A stretch of DNA of 64,000 bases, taken from assembly GCF_009914755.1 (NCBI RefSeq), contig NC_060927.1, one strand, 5' to 3'. Below, piece by piece: positions 14,660 to 26,263 of this stretch. This DNA is from the human T2T-CHM13v2.0 reference genome, Homo sapiens. The notes under the pieces were generated by a model, which was given only the letters and a program-made list of their open reading frames with translations, searched no databases and had not been told where the DNA came from. Position 1 is the stretch's first letter. Each line of letters begins with the position of its first letter. The translations under genes and the position numbers were made by a program.

Positions 14660-15655
14660 GGAGAATGCACTTTACATGGTAGCTATGCCATCACCCAGGC
14701 CTGGCCTTGAGTCCGGGAGGCTCTGAAACCTTCCTTGTCAGGCCACAGAAGAAGTACATCTCCAAAAAGGCAGCCTCCAGAGTAGCCAGCTCCTGTCTCC
14801 TTAGCATTACAAAATAGAGACCTTGTGATTATCTTATAAGGAGAACTCTGAAAGATGTATAGACCAAAAGATTCATTAGCTTCTGACCAACTCAGTCTCT
14901 TCTTGTAGGAAGTCACAGGGGAAACCAAGTTAGACTCCGAAGGCCAGCTGAATTTACAATGATATGAAACTATCACTGCAGAACCTGGAATGTCCAACTG
15001 TGGCAAGCACAGTCCCCTTCCCATAGACAACGGCCTCTAGGGAAGAAGAGGCCTAGAAATAATTTTAAAAGAGAGTAGAAGGGGTCACGATGAAGAGAAG
15101 AATGGCATCCTCAAAACTAGGGATGTTGGTTGAAGTAGTCATGTAAGGGCATCAGGCTAAGAGGCCCTGGGGAACTATTCCACAGCAGGATGGTGGCTTT
15201 GATGGAAAGAGTGACTGCTGGATTCCTGGCCCCACCTTCCCTCTCATCTCCCCCTAGAGATGGCCTGGCCACTGGGAAGCTCCGTGGCTATGACACCCAT
15301 CTCCTGGATAGTGGTATGAAGGGCATCCCCAAGATCCTCCTCTTTCACTCCCCCGCTTTTGCCTCCATGGTTGGCTGACACCTCTCCTGACATACCCTTT
15401 TTCATTTTGTTTTTTTTTTTGCTGTCAATACATTCAGGCAGCTAGATCTAGCCTGGCTGGCTGGAAGCTGTCCTGGCTCTGTAAGGCAACTTGGCAGATC
15501 TCTACTCCGATCTATTCCATTTTGCTTTCTTGGGTGTACAGTCTTATTTCCCTTACTTCCAAGTCCTTGAGATGGGAGGAAGTAACCTCTTTTGCCTGCC
15601 AGTGTGTAGACGATAACTCACATCCTCTGTCACTATTATTACTATATTAGACATA

Positions 15656-15963
15656 TTTCTTTTTTTCTTTCTTTTTTGAGACAGGGTCTCACTCTGTCGC
15701 CTAGGCTGGAATGCAGTGGCATGATCTCAACTCACTGGAATCTCTGCTTCCTGGGCTCAGGTAATTCTCCCACCTCAGCCTCCTAAGTAGCTGGGACTAC
15801 AAGCACACACCACCATGCCCGGCTAATTTTTGTATTTTTTGAAAATAGAGAGAGGATTTTGCCATGTTTCCCAGGCTGGCCTTCAACTCCTAGGCTCAAG
15901 CAATCCTCCCACCTTGGCCTCGCAAAGTGTTGGGATTACAGGTGTAAGCCACCGCACCCACCC
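15656..15963 (-). mobile_element. AluJ, full length
   Basis: gagacagggtctcactctgtcgcc...ctgggctcagg...ggctcaagcaatcctccc. Confidence 0.92.
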
Positions 15964-16259
15964 CTGGATGTATTTCTTAACTTCTCTGGTCTAGGTTTCT
16001 TTCCCTGTAAAGTGTAGATAACAATTTTTAATTAAAGGATGTGCTCAAAGGGTGAAATGAAATAATGTGTGTAAAGTGCTGAGGAGTGTCTGAAATGTCT
16101 AATAAATGGAATAATAACAATACTGGCAATGGCTGTGATTGTAGCACACCTCCTGTGCTCCCTGGAGCTCTGAGGTATAGCTCCCACCGTGGATCTTAAC
16201 AAATGCTTGCTAAATTGACTTGAGCCAGGACTCAATAAGGGATGCAATTTCTATTCATC

Positions 16260-16840
16260 TGGCCTCAAACTGACTTATGGAAAAAGGCATTTATTAGTTC
16301 TTGTAACTAAATCATTCAGGACTAGTCTGGCTTTGGGCACAGGTGAATTCGGGATCTTAAATGATGTCTTCAGGGATCTGTCTCTGCCTCTCTCTCCATC
16401 ATTCTTGTCTACTTTCCTTTTCCTTCTGACTTCATTTTCAGGTAGGGTTCTCTTCTCACTATGGCCCTGTCGCTCCCGGTACCCCAAATTTCATCACTCC
16501 AGCTTCTATTTCCATAGAGTAAACAGTTCTTTTTCCAAGCAATCTTAACTCAAAATTTAAGAACTGAGACTCATTGGTCTAGTTTGATTATGTGCCCATT
16601 TCTGAACCAATCACTGTGGCCTAAGGGATAGCTCCCTCTGAGTGACCAAGTCTAGGGAAAGTGAACTCTGATTGGCTGGCTTGAGTCATGTGCCCATATT
16701 GACATAGTGCTGGGTGAAGGGTAACTGTCCCAGAACTGCAAAAACTGAAAGGAATTCCCCAGAGAAACTTGGCCCCTGGTATCAAAAGATAGGGAGACAG
16801 ACACTGGGCAGACCAAAGCAATGGATGGCTGTACACCATT
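16260..16840. mobile_element. MLT1J/K-like MaLR LTR
   Basis: ctcattggtctagtttgattatgtgcccatttctgaaccaatcactgtggcc...ctctgattggctggcttgagtcatgtgccc. Confidence 0.75.
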
Positions 16841-16848
16841 AGCAGGCA

Positions 16849-17259
16849 TTAAATGCATTTTGCACACTTGCTCATGAATATCTCCCTCTCCCTGTTGCAG
16901 AGCCACATAATCAGAAGACTGAAGGACCATTGCTGTGCAAGTGAATCTGAGTAGTTCTGACTTGCCAGCCTGTGACAGGGAAATAGCAGCCACAGATGTT
17001 TAACTAAGCAAGTACTACCAGGCCCCAGGCCCACAAGCTCTTCCCCAAGCCCAGTCCCAGCTGACAGGCAGGCGTGACAGGACATGTCAAGGCCAAGAGT
17101 CAGGACACCTGTCAAGATGTCACAGTGCCTCAGGACACGTGGGTTGGGCAGGTGACAGCTGCAGTGAACCTTCCCGAGGCCCACAGAGCAACCTGCATCT
17201 GCCACCTTCAACAGGCAAGGCATCTTTCTTCTCAGAAAACAAGGAAAGCAAGCAAGCAT
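16849..17259 (-). ncRNA. ERC2-IT1: Probable ERC2-IT1 (C3orf51/Po42) intronic transcript; the 136-aa ORF is of doubtful coding status. Coordinates are those of the ORF; transcript ends are not determined.
   Basis: The ATG-initiated 136-aa ORF MLACFPCFLRRKMPCLLKVADAG... matches my recollection of the putative ERC2-IT1 product. Same strand as ERC2 and intronic. Recollection only, not verified by search. Confidence 0.6.
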
Positions 17260-17939
17260 TTGAAACTGTATATCCTTTCCTGTTTCATTAAGGGGTTGGG
17301 CTTTGTTTTCCTGAAAGCTTTTGTTCTTCTGTCAGCATATTCAAAACAACCAAAAGGCGTTACCTGCTCTGAAATCCCTGAGATGCCTATCCTCAGAGGT
17401 GCTTTTGGCTGTCTTATGCAGCAGAAGGAAGATTTGCTTCCTAGCTGATTCTCCAGTCCTCAGGACGTTCACAAATGGCAAATTATAAGCCTGTGTTGCC
17501 TCTGCTGACTGCAACTTGGGCCTGTCAGCCCAGAATAATATTTGCATGATGATTTGGCCAAATCAGGCCTGGCTGTCTGTCATCCTGGGCTCCCTTCTCT
17601 CCCTCCACCAGACGAACAAACCCCGTGGCCCCTCCTCCTCAGATAGCTCTGGAATCCCGCTGCTTTTCCCCATCCCTGATCTCCCCACCCTTCCTTTCTA
17701 CCCCCTACCACCTCTCTCAGGTCCCAATAGTCTCTGTGCTCCACTCACTCCCCTCCATCAATTCTTGGCTCTTCCACCAGAGGGGTCCTTCTAAAGCACC
17801 CACATCCGTCCATGCCACTGCTCAGCCTTTTCTTTCAATGGTTTCCAAGTCCCCTTATAATTAAGTTCAATCTCTTCAAAAAACTAGCAGAAAGGCTTTC
17901 TGACCTCAGTCTCAACCGATAGCCTGTTTGCCTCCTATA

Positions 17940-18340
17940 CTCCAGATGTATTTATGGACATAGGTAGGCTCCCAGATCAGATCTACATCATGACATCCCC
18001 TGGGGCTGGGCTATTCTCCTCTGCCGCCTCTGTACCTGGCCAACTCCTACTTATCCGTGAGGCCACAGCTCAAGGGTCACTACTTCTGGCTTCTGAATCT
18101 CGGTATGGCGTCTCTCCCATATTTGCTCTAGGCATCTAGTGCCTCCTCCACTACAGCACTTATTATACTATCCTGAAATTGCTTGCTTTTCTGTGCTTCC
18201 TTCATTAGCCTGGAGTAATGGAGCCTGGAAGATCTATGAGTATGGAACTCACCTTATTCATTACTGCATCATTAGCTTCTCATGCAAACCCCATCACATT
18301 ATGGAAGCTCAGTTCATATTTGTTAAATGTCTGAACAATG
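17940..18340 (+). mobile_element. L2 LINE fragment
   Basis: caactcctacttatcc...cagctcaagggtcactacttctgg...ggaagatctatgag...catatttgttaaatg. Confidence 0.6.
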
Positions 18341-18929
18341 TGAATGTTCATACTCAGACTTTCCATTGGCTGAATTTGAGGTCACAATTTCTGTACATGC
18401 AACTGAGAGCAAATTGGCACATCAACCCGCACCCCCACCTCCAGATAAAATGTAAGCAATAGCATTTGTTCCACCTGATATTCCTTTTGGCTCCTGATCT
18501 TTATGTCCAAGGTATAAAAATGTCTCCATCACAACTTCCACCCCTGGAATTGAGTGCCTGGTGCAGGGAAGGGGCACAATCTTTGACACAATCTAGAGCA
18601 AGTGAGACCTCCAAGGATTTGAAGAGAAATGTAAGAGTGTGCTCTGAGCTTTGGCTTGCAGAACCTGGGGGGTGGGGCGGGGGTGGCGTGGGAGTCTCCT
18701 ATTTCCTTGACCATCCAAATTTGATTTTTTTTCTCCTTGCTCAGCACCTAGTGGTGTAGTATTCCAAGGGCATTAAAACAAGGTTAAAGGGCTTTATGTG
18801 ATGAAAGGCATTCTTAGTTGTGAGTGTTTAGCAGGAGTTTAAATATCAGCAATTTTGTATATGGAAACATATTAGCTTCATATTTAATTGGGGTCGTGGT
18901 GCACTGTGAAGTATAGCACTTATGTGCAC

Positions 18930-19175
18930 AGACTTGGGTATGATGTCCCACAGACATGGGTTTGAGTCCCAGCCCTGCCATTAATAAGCCATGTGACACC
19001 TGCCCAGGTAGCTAACCTCTGTGAGCCTCAATCAGGTCCCTCACCTATAAAACAGGGATAATAACAATAAAAGCATAAATCCTTGTAGGGCTGTTGTGAA
19101 GAACAAGGTAAGAAATGCACATAAAGTACCGTGCACAGCACCTAAAATGAGGTAAGCACCTAGAAAATGCAAGCT
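18930..19175 (+). mobile_element. MIR SINE
   Basis: cagacatgggtttgagtcccagccctgcca...aacctctgtgagcctca...gggataataac. Confidence 0.85.
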
Positions 19176-19292
19176 GGTCTTCTTCATATTATAACATTGG
19201 GCCCTTACCCTGCTCCAGTTGCTAGAAAGTAAAAAATGCACCAGCTTGTCCTGTGGGCCAAGTCTCACACACAGATGTTGGTTCAACTCGTC

Positions 19293-19910
19293 TGTGCATT
19301 AGTTTTCTACTGCTATCCTAACACATTACCACACACTTAGTGACTTTAAAAAATATCTATTTATTATCTCACAGTTCCGTAGGTCAGAATTTTGGCACAA
19401 CACGGCTCAGTTCATTCTCTGCTGAGTTTCATGAGGCCAAAATCACCAGGTGTCAACAGGGCTGCAATCTTTTTTGCAGCTCTGAGGCTGAATTTACTTT
19501 CCAGCTCATTCAGGTCACTGGCAGAATTCAGCTCCGTCTGGTTGTGGGACTTTCCTGGCTGGCAGTTGGCTAAGCATCATTCTCAGCTTCTAGAGGCCAC
19601 CTGCAATCCCTGGCTCATAGCCCCTTTCCTTTTATCACAGCCTCGTCTCTCCTCTCCTCCCCCTTGGGACCTCTCTGCCTCTTCTGCTGCCTAATCTCTC
19701 CCCTTCCCTCTTCCACTGCACCACTCTGACTCTTAGACTTTCTTTCTCGACTTTTAAGGGCTAATGTCATGACATTGGGTCCGTTTACATAATCCAGGAT
19801 ACTCTCTCTATTTTAAGATAAGCTGCAAAGTCCCTTCGTCCAGTACCTGGTTAGTGTTTGAATAAAGCATGGGCATCTTGGAAAGGCATCTTTAGATTCT
19901 GCCTATCACA
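19293..19910 (-). mobile_element. MLT1E-like MaLR solo LTR
   Basis: The reverse complement begins tgtgataggcagaat. Contains cattaccacacacttagtgactttaa...ttattatctcacagttcc and ctcagcttctagaggccacc. Confidence 0.85.
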
Positions 19911-20439
19911 TCTTATTTGCTGCATTTTAAAATCTGAAACAAAACACATCTCAACACAGCACAGTCATTACGTGTTTAGTTTGGGCTATTTGTGGAGTTG
20001 GCTTAGCTGAGAAGAAAAACGTGAAAAGGTTATTTAAAAAAAAAAAGTGGGCCCACCTCCTTTCCTGGGAGACTAATGCTTTGTTAAATATGGACTTTTC
20101 AATCCATTTATCAGGGAAATTCCCTTAGATTTTCCCTTTTTCACTTTCTGTTTAATAAAGTCCATACCATTTTAGGGTATTTAAGAATTTAAATATTGCA
20201 AAGCTAAGGTTTTTATATATGAAGCTGAACTCCAGATTTCAAACTGTCAGCCAGCAGGGTCTGAACAGGGAGGACTCTTGGGGGCAATCCTGCATTAACA
20301 CAAACAGGACAGCGTGGGCTGGGAAACTCAAGACTCAGATTGGAATGTATTTGCCAATTGGCAACCAATCCTGTTCTCATCAGCTTATCAGATTTATTTC
20401 ATGTAGAAAATTAAAATTCTGGGTCTCTATTGTGCAGAA

Positions 20440-20905
20440 ATACTTGCACATACGCCCAAAGGCATATACACAAAATTATTTACTGCAGTCTTGTTTGTGA
20501 TAGCAAAACATGGCAAACTATCTAAATGCCCATTAACTGTGAGTGGCTAAAATAAACCTTGGCAGGGGAATTCCATGAAATACTTCTGTCGCTATTAGAA
20601 AATAAGGTAGGTCTATATATATTGAAACGGAAAGTTTACCAAGACATACTGTTAAGTGAAAAATGCAAATCACAGAAGAAGCTGAATAATATAATCTAAT
20701 TTGTGTTAAATGAATTATGTGTGCATTATTTGTAAATGCAGACAAAGGACATATCTACCAATTAATTGGGGTCTATTGCTTCTGGGGAGAAGTGTAGAGT
20801 TGGGGGACAGAGTGAAGGAGACATTCAGGTTTTAAGTTGTCTACTTCAATATAGCTTAAATATTTTATAATGAGAATTGAGTCATGAATGTAGATTATTT
20901 TAAAG
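20440..20905 (+). mobile_element. L1ME/L1MC 3' fragment
   Basis: tactgcagtcttgtttgtgatagcaaaacatggcaaactatctaaatgccca...actgttaagtgaaaaatgca. Confidence 0.85.
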
Positions 20906-22247
20906 AATTGGGTGAAAAATACCATGTTAGACATATTACTAAGGGTAGGGGCATATAGGTTATCTATCAATGGGACTTGAAATATGATGTTATTTGATGT
21001 TTCAGAAATTAAGGCCGGCCAAACAGCTAAAATGACTAACCTCTGAGCAATTCAGCTTAAATTCCATGCTTATTCATTGCTACAGTAGAGCCAAGTCCTG
21101 ATGAGACATGCTGAATGAGAGAGGGCTATTTAACTTCTAGTTTCTGGATGGCTGTGACCTTCCACAGACCTCGCACATAGAAGGTACTCAATAAATACTT
21201 GAATAATAAAACAAATGGCACTATTAAATTTGGGAAAAGTCTGGTATCTGCCTTTGATTAAATAAATCAAGCCTACTAAAATCACAGGAGACATATATAC
21301 AAGATTCAACCCACTGTCAAGAATGGATGAACGGAAGGGAGATGGTTTCCATTACAGAATACAGGCAAGTAAGATTTGGAATTAGACAATCGTTCTTTAC
21401 TTTCAAACAGAACCAAACAAAAAAATTCCCCAAAAAACAGACCTTAAAAACTAAATCCTAACCCTACACAGCCCCTGGAATAAAGCTTTTCCAATGTACC
21501 TGCCAGAGCAGCCAGTAGAGGAGAAAGGGGCTCGGAGGAGGAGGAACTTGCTGTCTGCAGCGCTGCCCCTTCATCAGTGAAGTGGGGCTAGAATCGATGA
21601 TGGCTAAGCTCCCTTTCAGTGCCAACTTTCTGGCAATCTGTAAGTGGCCACTCTGGTTGCCCAGTATCCTCAAAGGAGCTAGAATCAGTTCTTTCAGCTT
21701 CAAAGAAACAGACCCTTGGGTTTGCATGTCAAATGTCATTGTAAACCTATGCCCCAGCCCCCACCTCGTCTGCAGATCATCTATCAGGGTTGAGCTGCAG
21801 GAGGAATTACAGTGGCCCCTTCCTTTCGGAGGGCAAGTTGGAAAGGGAGGCAGAATGTGGCAAAATGCCTTCTTCAAGGCCCTCAACATTAAACTTTGCA
21901 TTGTTTTTAGCTCTTTAAAAAAATCTTTTTTTACTTTTATAGTTCTAAATTTACTTTGGATTTACCAATATTAACTAAGTGGCTAAGTAAATAAATATAT
22001 AAAGCAAACATGAGTACCACACTGTCCCCCAGGACTCTAAGCCTAGGAATGCAAGGAACCCTGTTTCTAACCATGTACACACACTCTTTGCTGCTATTGG
22101 TTTGTCTCTGCCTATAGCCAAGTCACATTTTGCAGTGCGACTATTCTGTAAACTACGCGCTTGTTTGTAAATTGTACCAGATGCTCAGCCACTAACTCAG
22201 CCTTATACTTTCATCAGATTTTTATGTCTTTATGATGTACATCTTTG

Positions 22248-22475
22248 CCACTCAAAGGGTGGTTCACACACCAGCAGCATTAACATTGCCTGGGAGAAGA
22301 GTTGCCAGATAAAATATAGGAAATTCAAATTTTACTGGATGTCAAGCCTTTCATTTTTTTCCCCCCTCTAAATCTGATAACCCTACCTGGGAGTCTGTTA
22401 GAAACGTAAAATCTCAGGCTCCACCCAGACCTAATGGAATCAGAATCTGTATTTAACAAGTTTATAGGTGGTTGC
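22248..22475 (+). mobile_element. MER5A-type MITE carrying a nested, internally deleted MER53 (22297-22385)
   Basis: MER5A ccagcagcat...cctgggag[insert]cctgggag...gttagaaacg...gaatcagaatctg. The insert ends are agagttgccagataaaat and aaatctgataacccta, with the 8-bp TSD CCTGGGAG. Confidence 0.8.
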
Positions 22476-23538
22476 AAAATCGACTTGAGTCTACTTAATT
22501 CCTGTGATACAAACCTTCTAAGTTCCACTGGCAAATTCTGATCTCACTCTGCATCAAATGTAGATGAAAAGAGTAAGCTGTCAACAAGCTTGGTTTCTGT
22601 GTTTTCCCCATTTCGTCATACATTCTGTTCGCAAATGCGCACATTTTTCAACCTGGGCACAGAGGGCACCCCCACTTTCAACCACTCCTGAGCCCGAGCT
22701 CACGAACCGCCATCGCTGCAGAGGAGACGCCAGGCGGTGTTAATTGCTTGCTGGGTGGTGGGGAGGAGGGGCTGGGTTACCATCTCGCCTTTGATCAGGA
22801 GGTAGAAGTAATGGTTTTACTTACATCCTGCTTTGTCTCTGCACAGGCTGAGAGCCAAGGATCCATTTCAGGCTCTCTCTTTCTTCCTAGTATTCTGTTA
22901 CTGCCTACATACCGCGGCCCAGAGCTTCAGGCGAGGTTGGGGGGAAACCAAACGCTCTTTGTGGTACACCCACATGACAGGCTTCAAAATGGAAACAATA
23001 TTTAAGTTTAACCTGGAAGATCAAGTTTGCTCAAATCTCGCAACGCAGGGAGCTTTTGAAAACTTTAGCAGTAGGTCTGCATTTGATGGAGAGAGGCAAG
23101 CAGTGATGGAGAAATGAGGCCTTGTTAACAGACACTGAATCCCCACACGGGAGTCAACATTTCGCCTTATTCCTTATAAATAATGGGGATAATAATAACA
23201 CACTGAGACAGAGCCTTGAAAGCTTCAAGGTGTCTTTACAGCCACATTCTTCTGCAGTCTGCAGAATAATTTTGGGAAGAGGGTGCGCGGTGAAGGTGTA
23301 GAAGGTAGCCGTCATCAGCCCCACAGGACAGAGAAGACACATAATCAAGTAAACTGATTTTAAAAGTCAAAAAAATCAAGACACTTTCCTCAAGTAGCAC
23401 ATTTCCTGACTCTTCAAGCAGCGCTCTTTCCACTGTTCTCAGGGTTCCATTATTTGGTTGCCCCAAGCTACTCAGATCTCAGCCATTCCTCAAGGAATTT
23501 CAGGGCTGGAAGAAACCTTTAAATGATTCATAGAATCT

Positions 23539-23941
23539 TGTTATGGATTGAGTTGTGCCCCCTCAGAATTCATGTGTTGAAATCCTAATCCCTAGTACTT
23601 GAGAATGTGACCTTATTTGAAAACAGGGTTGTTGCAGATCTCATTTGTTAAGATGAGGTCATCTTGGATCCTGATCTTAGGTGACTGTTGTCCTTATAAG
23701 AAGGGGAAATTTGGACACAAGGAGACACATGCACTCAACAACGCCGGGAGAAAATGAAGACAGAGATCAGAGTGATGCATCTACAAGCCAAGGAACACCA
23801 GAGATTGCCACCAAACCACCAGAAACTAAAGGAGAGGCATGGAATAGATTGTCCCTCACAGCCCCAGAAGGAAGTGCGCCTGCCTACACCTTGAACAAAG
23901 CCTGCAGAACCTTGTTATGGCAGCCCTAGAAAGGAAAGACA
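23539..23941 (+). mobile_element. MLT1B/C MaLR solo LTR
   Basis: tgttatggattgagttgtgcccc...gaatgtgaccttatttg...ctacaagccaaggaac...ttgttatggcagccctag; TG...CA termini. Confidence 0.92.
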
Positions 23942-24750
23942 AATCATAAGGTGGGAAGTGTCATCATGGTGCTAATGCTGATGAGAGTTTGCTGGGCTCC
24001 AGAACTGGGCAAGGGTTCACTGCATCATCTCATAGCTTCCATACATGGACTCTGCCAGGTAGGCACTAGAAATGAGGGCTTTGAGGCTCACAGAGGCTGA
24101 GCTACTCAGTCAAGATCACACAGCTAGCATGTGGCCAAGATGGATTTAGACTTGGGCAGTCTGAGTCCAGACTCTGTTGCATTATCCCTTAAACATCACA
24201 GCCTCAGGTGGGGTGGCCAGGACAACTGATTAGCATCTATGAAGCCCTTTCTCATGTAGAACCTGTAAGGGGCTCACACCACCACCATGAGGTAGACACT
24301 ATTGCCTAGGTTTTGTAGGGGAGGAAACAGGCACTCAGATTAAATCACTGACCCAAGGTCACAGAGCTCATCAGCGGTGGAGCGGGGATTTGAATCAAGT
24401 CTGTTGACTCCAGCAGGAGCTCTCAATCACTGCGCAGGAGACCAGCAAGTTCAGATTTGCTGGGTTCTCAGTGGCAAGTATGTCACCCTTTCCAAATTAC
24501 CATCTCCTCCCTCTGTACCTCCACCTGCCATGCACACCTTGACTGTTGGTCCCCTCTTCCATGTCGTAACACACACATGGACATTTTCAATGTTCACTTC
24601 CCTTCCCTCCCTCTGTGAGAAAGCTCTGCTTCCTCTGAGTAGTGTCAAAGGTAAGTTTCAGACTGTAAAGTCTGTGAGGTTCCTTCAATCTGCGGGTCAA
24701 ACTCTGATAATGTTCAAAGTCAAATCCAGGAATGACATGTAGGGGAAAAG

Positions 24751-24980
24751 CAGTGGTTCCCAACCAACCAGGAGCCATGTTGCCCCCCAGGGGACATTCA
24801 GCAATCTCTGGAATCATTTTTGGTTGTCACAACTAGGGGCTGGGGGTGGGGTGGCAGGGATGCTATTGGCATCCAGTAGGTAGAGGCCAGGGACTCTGCT
24901 AAGTATCCTACAACAGACAGGATGCAAGACAAAGAAGTATCCAGCCCTAGATTCAATAGTGCTGAAGCTGAGAAATCCTG
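24751..24980 (+). mobile_element. MER20 (hAT-Charlie MITE), full length; a truncated inverted copy lies at 26078-26263
   Basis: cagtggttcc...tgccccccaggggacatt...tttttggttgtcacaact...tagaggccaggga...tgagaaatcctg follows the MER20 consensus. Confidence 0.9.
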
Positions 24981-25129
24981 GCATAGAGCGTGTTCTCCAG
25001 GGGCAAACTGCCCACTTCTCAATTCCAGCTCCATCACTCACTAGTTCCGCAACTTGGAGGCAACTGTCGTAAACTCTCTAGGGTCCAGTTTTCTTCTCTT
25101 TAACATGTAACTAATAATAGCACACGCCT
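24795..25129 (+). repeat. Left arm of the 335-bp inverted repeat
   Basis: Base-by-base reverse complement of 25929-26263, except g24990 versus t26068. The ORF track shows mirrored ORFs (24798..25037- and 26021..26260+). Confidence 0.98.
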
Positions 25130-25849
25130 ATTAATACATAATATTAGTTATTATGTAACGAATAATAGCACATACCAATATCTTATATGTATACATTATT
25201 ACATAACACATGTTGTATATTATATGTTAAACATTGTGTTAGTTTCCCAGGCTAATCCACAAAAACCTATATCATGTTGTCATGTTGCTAAAATTCCTAT
25301 GCTTGTGGAGAGGGTTGGGGAGGATAATGGAAGATAATATAACAGCTAAAACATAATATGAAAAACAATACTGAATGAAAACTTAACAGCATTGATTGAT
25401 CTCAGGGCCACATACTTCAGGAGAAGTGGCCTTGTTTAGAAAGAACAAGGGAAGATAGTGCTCATCTTATGATGCTGTTTTGAGAATTAAATCTGTTAAA
25501 CCATGTAAACCGTCTAGCACATTGTAAAAGTGATGTAAATGCTAGTTGCATAGATAAATGGAGACCTTTAAAAAGATTCCAGAGGGAATTTCTGAACTCT
25601 TTTAAAGTGAAACCTTTAGAGAGTGATCGCCTAAATTATTTATACTTAATTTCACTTTAAAACAAGAGTTTCCTTCTACATTGCACCTGGCTATTTGTGC
25701 ACATGCTAAGTGCCTGAGTCTGCCATTCATCATCCTGAGACCGCCTGCTGCAGCTAAGATTGCCAGCTAGTGCAGCTGAGAATCAGCTATGGAAGCCCCA
25801 CAGTCAGATGCTTACCTTCCAGTTTTGGAAATAATAAGGGTGCCTCTCC

Positions 25850-26040
25850 TAAGCAATTACACCGTGCCCAGCACTTCACTTAGTGCCTGGCCATACACTA
25901 ACTCACTTTGCCCCCCAACAAATCCAGGAGGCGTGTGCTATTATTAGTTACATGTTAAAGAGAAGAAAACTGGACCCTAGAGAGTTTACGACAGTTGCCT
26001 CCAAGTTGCGGAACTAGTGAGTGATGGAGCTGGAATTGAG
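25850..26040 (-). mobile_element. MIR SINE spanning the inner boundary of the right IR arm
   Basis: The reverse complement aatagcacacgcctcctggatttgttgggggcaaagtgagttagtgtatg...agtgctgggcac is colinear with the MIR core and 3' consensus. Confidence 0.75.
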
Positions 26041-26263
26041 AAGTGGGCAGTTTGCCCCTGGAGAACATGCTCTATGCCAGGATTTCTCAGCTTCAGCACT
26101 ATTGAATCTAGGGCTGGATACTTCTTTGTCTTGCATCCTGTCTGTTGTAGGATACTTAGCAGAGTCCCTGGCCTCTACCTACTGGATGCCAATAGCATCC
26201 CTGCCACCCCACCCCCAGCCCCTAGTTGTGACAACCAAAAATGATTCCAGAGATTGCTGAATG
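25929..26263 (-). repeat. Right arm of the 335-bp inverted repeat
   Basis: Reverse complement of 24795-25129 at 334/335 identity; the spacer is 799 bp. Confidence 0.98.

Noticed and set aside
24798-26260. Apparently duplicated 75-79 aa genes on opposite strands
   Set aside because: A by-product of the inverted repeat; the sequence is MER20/MIR-derived.
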